Below are positions 55,601 through 64,000 of a DNA stretch of 64,000 nucleotides, in pieces. The notes beneath the pieces are model-generated. The model was not told the origin of the DNA. It did no database searches and saw nothing but the letters and a program-made list of their open reading frames with translations. Both the position numbers and the translations under genes were made by a program. The stretch covers positions 415,028,001 through 415,092,000 of the forward strand of contig OZ024741.1 of the NCBI GenBank assembly GCA_964016885.1, in the 5' to 3' direction. How positions within the stretch are numbered: position 1 is the stretch's first letter; the number at the start of each line of letters is the position of its first letter. This stretch comes from Eledone cirrhosa (Eukaryota).

Positions 55601-58299
55601 TGTTCAAACCAGCTGTATCTGCCCAGAATTCCTTCACTTCTTTCTGTTCAAACCAGCTGTATCTGCCCAGAGTTCCCTCACCTCTTTCTGTTCAAACCAG
55701 CTCTATCAGACCAGCATTCCCTCACCTCTTTCTGTTCAAACCAGCTGTATCTGGCCAGAATTCCCTCACCTCTTTCTGTTTAAACCAGCTGTATCTGGCC
55801 AGAATTCTCTCACTTGTTTCTGTTCAAACCAGCTGTATCTGGTCAGAATTCTCTCACTTATTTCCGTTTAAACCAGCTGTATCTGCCCAGAATTCCCTCA
55901 CCTCTTTCTGTTCAAACCATCTGTATCTGACCAGAATTCCCTCTACTCTTTCTGTTCAAACCAGCCATATCTGCCCAGAATTCCCTCACCTCTTTCTGTT
56001 CAAACCAGCTGTATCTGACCAGAATTCTCTCACCTCTTTCTGTTCAAACCAGCTGTATCTGCCCAGAATTCCCTCACCTCTTTTTGTTCAAACCAGCTCT
56101 ATCTGACCAGCATTCCCTCACCTCTTTCTGTTCAAACCAGCTGTATCTGGCCAGAATTCTCTTACCTCTTTCTGTTCAAACCAGCTGTATCTGCCCAGAA
56201 TTCCCTCACTTCTTTCTGTTCAAACCAGCTGTATCTGCCCAGAGTTCCCTCACCTCTTTCTGTTCAAACCAGCTCTATCAGACCAGCATTCCCTCACCTC
56301 TTTCTGTTCAAACCAGCTGTATCTGGCCAGAATTCCCTCACCTCTTTCTGTTTAAACCAGCTGTATCTGGCCAGAATTCTCTCACTTGTTTCTGTTCAAA
56401 CCAGCTGTATCTGGTCATAATTCTCTCACTTATTTCCGTTTAAACCAGCTGTATCTGGCCAGATTTCTCTCACTTCTTTTTATTCAAACCAGCTGTATAT
56501 GACCAGAATTCTCTCACTTCTTTCTGTTCAAACCAGCTGTATCTGCCCAGAATTCCTTCTCCTCTTTCTGTTCAAACCAGCTGTATCTGACCAGAATTCC
56601 CTCTCCTCTTTCTGTTTAAACCATCTGTATCTGCCCAGAATTTTCTCACCTCTTTCTGTTCAAACCAGCTGTATCTGCCCAGAATTCCCTCACCGCTTTC
56701 TGTTCAAACCAGCTGTATCTGCCCAGAATTCCCTCACCTCTTTCTGTTTAAACCTTCTGTATATGCCCAGAATGTTCTCACCTCTTTCTGTTCAAAGCAG
56801 CTGTATCTGCCCAGAATTCCCTCACTTCTTTCTGTTCAAACCAGCTGTATCTGCCCAGAAATCCCTCACCTCTTTCTGTTCAAACCAGCTGTATCTGACC
56901 AGAATTCTCTCACCTCTTTCTGTTCAAACCAGCTGTATCTGCCCAGAATTCCCTCACTTCTTTCTGTTCAAACCAGCTGTATCTGCCCAAAAATCCCTCA
57001 CCTCTTTCTGTTTAAACCAGCTGTATCTGGCCAGAATTCCCTCACTTCTTTCTGTTTAAACCTTATGTATATGCCCAGAATTTTCTCACCTCTTTCTGTT
57101 CAAACCAGCTGTATCTGCCCAGAATTCCCTCACTTCTTTCTGTTCAAACCAGCTGTATCTGCCCAGAATTCCCTCACCTCTTTCTGTTCAAACCAGCTGT
57201 ATCTGACCAGAATTCTCTCACCTATTTCTGTTCAAACCAGCCATATCTGCCCAGAATTCCCTCACCTCTTTCTGTTCAAACCAGCTGTATCTGACCAGAA
57301 TTCTCTCACTTCTTTCTGTTCAAACCAGCTGTATCTGACCAGAATTCTCTCACCTCTTTCTGTTCAAACCAGCTGTATCTGCCCAGAATTCCCTCACAGC
57401 TTTCTGTTCAAACCAGCTGTATCTGCCCAGAATTCCCTCACCTCTTTCTGTTTAAACCTTCTGTATATGCCCAGAATTTTCTCACCTTTTTCTCTTCAAA
57501 GCAGCTGTATCTGCCCAGAATTCCCTCACTTCTTTCTGTTCAAACCAGCTGTATCTGCCCAGAATTCCTTACCTCTTTCTGTTCAAACCAGCTGTATCTG
57601 GCCAGAATTCCCTCACCTCTTTCTGTTCAAATCATCTGTATCTGTCCAGAATTCTCTCACTTCTTTCTGTTCAAACCAGCCATATCTGCCCAGAATTCCC
57701 TCACCTCTTTCTGTTCAAACCAGCTGTATCTGACCAGAATTCTCTCACTTCATTCTGTTCAACCCAGCTGTATCTGACCAGAATTCTCTCACCTCTTTCT
57801 GTTCAAACCAGCTGTATCTGCCCAGAATTCCCTCACTTCTTTCTGTTCAAACCAGCTGTATCTGCCCAGAAATCCCTCACCTCTTTCTGTTTAAACCAGC
57901 TGTATCTGACCAGAATTCCCTCACTTCATTCTGTTCAACCCAGCTGTATCTGACCAGAATTCTCTCACCTCTTTCTGTTCAAACCAGCTGTATCTGCCCA
58001 GAATTCCCTCACTTCTTTCTGTTCAAACCAGCTCTATCAGACCAGAATTCCCTCACCTCTTTCTGTTCAAACCAGCTGTATCTGGCCAGAATTCCCTCAC
58101 CTCTTTCTGTTTAAACCAGCTGTATCTGGCCAGAATTCTCTCACTTCTTTCTGTTCAAACCAGCTGTATCTGGTCAGAATTCTCTCACTTATTTCCGTTT
58201 AAACCAGCTGTATCTGGCCAGATTTCTCTCACTTCTTTTTATTCAAACCAGCTGTATCTGCCCAGAATTCCCTCACCTCTTTCTGTTCAAACCAGCTGT

Positions 58300-61200
58300 A
58301 TCTGCCCAGAATTCTCTCACCTATTTCTGTTCAAACCAGCCATATCTGCCCAGAATTCCCTCACCTCTTTCTGTTCAAACCAGCTGTATCTGACCAGAAT
58401 TCTCTCACCTATTTCTGTTCAAACCAGCCATATCTGCCCAGAATTCCCTCACCTCTTTCTGTTCAAACCAGCTGTATCTGACCAGAATTCTCTCACTTCT
58501 TTCTGTTCAAACCAGCTGTATCTGCCCAGAATTCTCTCACCTCTTTCTGTTCATACCAGCTGTATCTGACCAGAATTCTCTCACTTCTTTCTGTTCAAAC
58601 CAGCTGTATCTGACCAGAATTCTCTCACCTCTTTCTGTTCAAACCAGCTGTATCTGCCCAGAATTCCCTCACCTCTTTCTGTTTAAACCTTCTGTATATG
58701 CCCAGAATTTTCTCACCTTTTTCTCTTCAAAGCAGCTGTATCTGCCCAGAATTCCCTCACTTCTTTCTGTTCAAACCAGCTGTATCTGCCCAGAATTCCT
58801 TACCTCTTTCTTTTCAAACCAGCTGTATCTGGCCAGAATTCCCTCACCTCTTTCTGTTCAAATCATCTGTATCTGCCCAGAATTCTCTCACTTCTTTCTG
58901 TTCAAACCAGCCATATCTGCCCAGAATTCCCTCACCTCTTTCTGTTCAAACCAGCTGTATCTGACCAGAATTCTCTCACTTCATTCTGTTCAACCCAGCT
59001 GTATCTGACCAGAATTCTCTCACCTCTTTCTGTTCAAACCAGCTGTATCTGCCCAGAATTCCCTCACTTCTTTCTGTTCAAACCAGCTGTATCTGCCCAG
59101 AAATCCCTCACCTCTTTCTGTTTAAACCAGCTGTATCTGGCTAGAATTCCCTCACTTCTTTCTGTTTAAACCTTCTGTATATGCCCAGAATTTTCTCACC
59201 TCTTTCTGTTCAAACCAGCTGTATCTGCCCAGAATTCCCTCACTTCTTTCTGTTCAAACCAACTGTATCTGCCCAGAATTCCCTCACCTCTTTCTGTTCA
59301 AACCAGCTGTATCTGCCCAGAATTCCCTCACCTCTTTCTGTTCAAACCAGCTGTATCTGACCAGAATTCTCTCACCTATTTCTGTTCAAACCAGCCATAT
59401 CTGCCCAGAATTCCCTCACCTCTTTCTGTTCAAACCAGCTGTATCTGACCAGAATTCTCTCACTTCTTTCTGTTCAAACCAGCTGTATCTGTCCAGAATT
59501 CTCTCACCGCTTTCTGTTCAAACCAGCTGTATCTGCCCAGAATTCCCTCACCTCTTTCTGTTTAAACCTTCTGTATATGCCCAGAATGTTCTCACCTCTT
59601 TCTGTTCAAAGCAGCTGTATCTGCCCAGAATTCCCTCACTTCTTTCTGTTCAAACCAGCTGTATCTGCCCAGAAATCCCTCACCTCTTTCTGTTCAAACC
59701 AGCTGTATCTGACCAGAATTCTCTCACCTCTTTCTGTTCAAACCAGCTGTATCTGCCCAGAATTCCCTCACTTCTTTCTGTTCAAACCAGCTGTATCTGC
59801 CCAGAAATCCCTCACCTCTTTCTGTTTAAACCAGCTGTATCTGGCCAGAATTCCCTCACTTCTTTCTGTTTAAACCTTCTGTATATGCCCAGAATTTTCT
59901 CACCTCTTTCTGTTCAAACCAGCTGTATCTGCCCAGAATTCCCTCACTTCTTTCTGTTCAAACCAGCTGTATCTGCCCAGAATTCCCTCACCTCTTTCTG
60001 TTCAAACCAGCTGTATCTGACCAGAATTCTCTCACCTATTTCTGTTCAAACCAGCCATATCTGCCCAGAATTCCCTCACCTCTTTCTGTTCAAACCAGCT
60101 GTATCTGACCAGAATTCTCTCACTTCTTTCTGTTCAAACCAGCTGTATCTGACCAGAATTCTCTCACCTCTTTCTGTTCAAACCAGCTGTATCTGCCCAG
60201 AATTCCCTCACAGCTTTCTGTTCAAACCAGCTGTATCTGCCCAGAATTCCCTCACCTCTTTCTGTTTAAACCTTCTGTATATGCCCAGAATTTTCTCACC
60301 TTTTTCTCTTCAAAGCAGCTGTATCTGCCCAGAATTCCCTCACTTCTTTCTGTTCAAACCAGCTGTATCTGCCCAGAATTCCTTACCTCTTTCTGTTCAA
60401 ACCAGCTGTATCTGGCCAGAATTCCCTCACCTCTTTCTGTTCAAATCATCTGTATCTGTCCAGAATTCTCTCACTTCTTTCTGTTCAAACCAGCCATATC
60501 TGCCCAGAATTCCCTCACCTCTTTCTGTTCAAACCAGCTGTATCTGACCAGAATTCTCTCACTTCATTCTGTTCAACCCAGCTGTATCTGACCAGAATTC
60601 TCTCACCTCTTTCTGTTCAAACCAGCTGTATCTGCCCAGAATCCCCTCACTTCTTTCTGTTCAAACCAGCTGTATCTGCCCAGAAATCCCTCACCTCTTT
60701 CTGTTTAAACCAGCTGTATCTGGCCAGAATTTCCTCACTTCTTTCTGTTTAAACCTTCTGTATATGCCCAGAATTTTCTCACCTCTTTCTGTTCAAACCA
60801 GCTGTATCTGCCCAGAATTCCCTCACTTCTTTCTGTTCAAACCAGCTGTATCTGCCCAGAATTCCCTCACCTCTTTCTGTTCAAACCAGCTGTATCTGAC
60901 CAGAATTCTCTCACTTCATTCTGTTCAACCCAGCTGTATCTGACCAGAATTCTCTCACCTCTTTCTGTTCAAACCAGCTGTATCTGCCCAGAATTCCCTC
61001 ACCTCTTTCATTTCAAACCAGCTGTATCTGACCAGAATTCTCTCACCTATTTCTGTTCAAACCAGCCATATCTGCCCAGAATTCCCTCACCTCTTTCTGT
61101 TCAAACCAGCTGTATCTGACCAGAATTCTCTCACTTCTTTCTGTTCAAACCAGCTGTATCTGTCCAGAATTCTCTCACCGCTTTCTGTTCAAACCAGCTG

Positions 61201-64000
61201 TATCTGCCCAGAATTCCCTCACCTCTTTCTGTTTAAACCTTCTGTATATGCCCAGAATGTTCTCACCTCTTTCTGTTCAAAGCAGCTGTATCTGCCCAGA
61301 ATTCCCTCACTTCTTTCTGTTCAAACCAGCTGTATCTGCCCAGAAATCCCTCACCTCTTTCTGTTCAAACCAGCTGTATCTGACCAGAATTCTCTCACCT
61401 CTTTCTGTTCAAACCAGCTGTATCTGCCCAGAATTCCCTCACTTCTTTCTGTTCAAACCAGCTGTATCTGCCCAGAAATCCCTCACCTCTTTCTGTTTAA
61501 ACCAGCTGTATCTGGCCAGAATTCCCTCACTTCTTTCTGTTTAAACCTTCTGTATATGCCCAGAATTTTCTCACCTCTTTCTGTTCAAACCAGCTGTATC
61601 TGCCCAGAATTCCCTCACTTCTTTCTGTTCAAACCAGCTGTATCTGCCCAGAATTCCCTCACCTCTTTCTGTTCAAACCAGCTGTATCTGACCAGAATTC
61701 TCTCACCTATTTCTGTTCAAACCAGCCATATCTGCCCAGAATTCCCTCACCTCTTTCTGTTCAAACCAGCTGTATCTGACCAGAATTCTCTCACTTCTTT
61801 CTGTTCAAACCAGCTGTATCTGACCAGAATTCTCTCACCTCTTTCTGTTCAAACCAGCTGTATCTGCCCAGAATTCCCTCACAGCTTTCTGTTCAAACCA
61901 GCTGTATCTGCCCAGAATTCCCTCACCTCTTTCTGTTTAAACCTTCTGTATATGCCCAGAATTTTCTCACCTTTTTCTCTTCAAAGCAGCTGTATCTGCC
62001 CAGAATTCCCTCACTTCTTTCTGTTCAAACCAGCTGTATCTGCCCAGAATTCCTTACCTCTTTCTGTTCAAACCAGCTGTATCTGGCCAGAATTCCCTCA
62101 CCTCTTTCTGTTCAAATCATCTGTATCTGTCCAGAATTCTCTCACTTCTTTCTGTTCAAACCAGCCATATCTGCCCAGAATTCCCTCACCTCTTTCTGTT
62201 CAAACCAGCTGTATCTGACCAGAATTCTCTCACTTCATTCTGTTCAACCCAGCTGTATCTGACCAGAATTCTCTCACCTCTTTCTGTTCAAACCAGCTGT
62301 ATCTGCCCAGAATCCCCTCACTTCTTTCTGTTCAAACCAGCTGTATCTGCCCAGAAATCCCTCACCTCTTTCTGTTTAAACCAGCTGTATCTGGCCAGAA
62401 TTCCCTCACTTCTTTCTGTTTAAACCTTCTGTATATGCCCAGAATTTTCTCACCTCTTTCTGTTCAAACCAGCTGTATCTGCCCAGAATTCCCTCACTTC
62501 TTTCTGTTCAAACCAGCTGTATCTGCCCAGAATTCCCTCACCTCTTTCTGTTCAAACCAGCTGTATCTGACCAGAATTCTCTCACTTCATTCTGTTCAAC
62601 CCAGCTGTATCTGACCAGAATTCTCTCACCTCTTTCTGTTCAAACCAGCTGTATCTGCCCAGAATTCCCTCACTTCTTTCTGTTCAAACCAGCTCTATCA
62701 GACCAGAATTCCCTCACCTCTTTCTGTTCAAACCAGCTGTATCTGGCCAGAATTCCCTCACCTCTTTCTGTTTAAACCAGCTGTATCTGGCCAGAATTCT
62801 CTCACTTGTTTCTGTTCAAACCAGCTGTATCTGGTCAGAATTCTCTCACTTATTTCCGTTTAAACCAGCTGTATCTGGCCAGATTTCTCTCACTTCTTTT
62901 TATTCAAACCAGCTGTATCTGCCCAGAATTCCCTCACCTCTTTCTGTTCAAACCAGCTGTATCTGCCCAGAATTCTCTCACCTATTTCTGTTCAAACCAG
63001 CCATATCTGCCCAGAATTCCCTCACCTCTTTCTGTTCAAACCAGCTGTATCTGACCAGAATTCTCTCACCTATTTCTGTTCAAACCAGCCATATCTGCCC
63101 AGAATTCCCTCACCTCTTTCTGTTCAAACCAGCTGTATCTGACCAGAATTCTCTCACTTCTTTCTGTTCAAACCAGCTGTATCTGCCCAGAATTCTCTCA
63201 CCTCTTTCTGTTCAAACCAGCTGTATCTGACCAGAATTCTCTCACTTCTTTCTGTTCAAACCAGCTGTATCTGACCAGAATTCTCTCACCTCTTTCTGTT
63301 CAAACCAGCTGTATCTGCCCAGAATTCCCTCACCTCTTTCTGTTTAAACCTTCTGTATATGCCCAGAATTTTCTCAGCTTTTTCTCTTCAAAGCAGCTGT
63401 ATCTGCCCAGAATTCCCTCACTTCTTTCTGTTCAAACCAGCTCTATCAGACCAGCATTCCCTCACATCTTTCTGTTCAAACCAGCTGTATCTGGCCAGAA
63501 TTCCCTCACCTCTTTCTGTTTAAACCAGCTGTATCTGGTCAGAATTCTCTCACTTATTTCCGTTTAAACCAGCTGTATCTGGCCAGATTTCTCTCACTTC
63601 TTTTTATTCAAACCAGCTGTATCTGCCCAGAATTCCCTCACCTCTTTCTGTTCAAACCAACTGTATCTGACCAGAATTCTCTCACTTCTTTCTGTTCAAA
63701 CCAGCTGTATCTGCCCAGAATTCTCTCAACTCTTTCTGTTCAAACCAGCTGTATCTGCCCAGAAATCCCTCACCTCTTTCTGTTTAAACCAGCTGTATCT
63801 GACCAGAATTCTCTCACCTCTTTCTGTTCAAACCAGCTGTATCTGCCCAGAATTCCCTCACTTCTTTCTGTTCAAACTAGCTGTATCTGCCCAGAATTCC
63901 CTCGCCTCTTTCTGTTCAAACCAGCTGTATCTGACCAGAATTCTCTCACCTATTTCTGTTCAAACCAGCCATATCTGCCCAGAATTCCCTCACCTCTTTC
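58300..64000 (+). repeat. Near-identical copy of about 3950-9598 (offset 54,402), including two family 1 HOR units
   Basis: Pseudo-ORF pairs 5175/59577, 5483/59885, 6846/61248, 7154/61556 and 8404/62806 are all 54,402 apart. Rare variants (ctcagctttt, cacatcttt, aaactagct, ccctcgcct) are shared, and the match runs to the window end. Confidence 0.9.

Larger units (their letters stand above)
1..64000 (+). repeat. 44-bp tandem satellite array (about 1,450 head-to-tail monomers); extends beyond both window edges
   Basis: GAATTC and CAAACCAGCTGTATCTG recur every 44 bp from start to end. Consensus GAATTCCCTCACCTCTTTCTGTTCAAACCAGCTGTATCTGCCCA (21/44 GC, 30/44 pyrimidine on + strand). Variation is substitutions and rare 1-bp indels; no inverted monomers or foreign inserts seen. 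Confidence 0.99.

Noticed and set aside
1066-63054. All ORFs in the supplied track as protein-coding genes
   Set aside because: They are translations of the 44-bp repeat. The same peptide appears in overlapping frames, the period is not a multiple of 3, starts and stops are sporadic variant alleles, and there is no unique domain or codon-position bias.
1-64000. CRISPR array or other repeat-spacer system
   Set aside because: Monomers abut directly with no unique spacers, variation is limited to a few substitutions, and there is no leader or cas gene.
1-64000. Information-coding or programmed diversification cassette array (DGR, antigenic variation, recombination sites)
   Set aside because: No reverse transcriptase, recombinase or expression locus is present. 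The variant patterns are explained by block duplication and point mutation.
1-64000. Assignment to a named satellite family, CENP-B box or telomeric repeat
   Set aside because: I do not recognise the consensus with confidence. The CENP-B box core (TTCG....A..CGGG) and TTAGGG-type repeats are absent. A database search is needed.
1-64000. Origin of the 44-mer from a 22-bp dimer
   Set aside because: The two halves do not align at a 22-bp offset. The only internal similarity (TCTGTTCAAA vs TCTGCCCAGA, 7/10, offset 19) is too short to support it.
1-64000. Synthetic concatemer or purely artefactual sequence, suggested by the regular EcoRI and PvuII sites
   Set aside because: Hierarchically shared variants, diverged layers and consistent indel bookkeeping indicate natural evolution. 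Copy numbers of the identical blocks could still be misassembled.

Overview
The whole 64 kb window is one uninterrupted head-to-tail satellite array of a 44-bp monomer (about 1,450 copies, all in the same orientation). The consensus is GAATTC(C/T)CTCAC(C/T)TCTTTCTGTTCAAACCAGCTGTATCTG(C/A/G)CCA, which contains EcoRI and PvuII sites. I found no unique sequence, transposon, RNA gene or credible protein-coding gene. All listed ORFs are artefacts: the + strand consensus lacks stop codons, so three monomers translate into a recurring 44-aa pseudo-peptide. The real structure is in the variant pattern. Monomers form nested higher-order repeats (HORs) of 38/40, 46, 111, 29, 28 and 66-119 monomers, plus long-range near-identical duplications at offsets of 10,599, 7,708 and 54,402 bp. 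Each of these offsets equals an integer number of monomers plus the counted 1-bp indel monomers. The array is layered into domains marked by 43-bp or 45-bp monomers, with a more diverged zone at about 20.6-31.5 kb. It most resembles eukaryotic (peri)centromeric or heterochromatic satellite DNA, with a methyl-CpG decay signature. I cannot name the satellite family or species from sequence alone, and I see no evidence for a new gene-based system.
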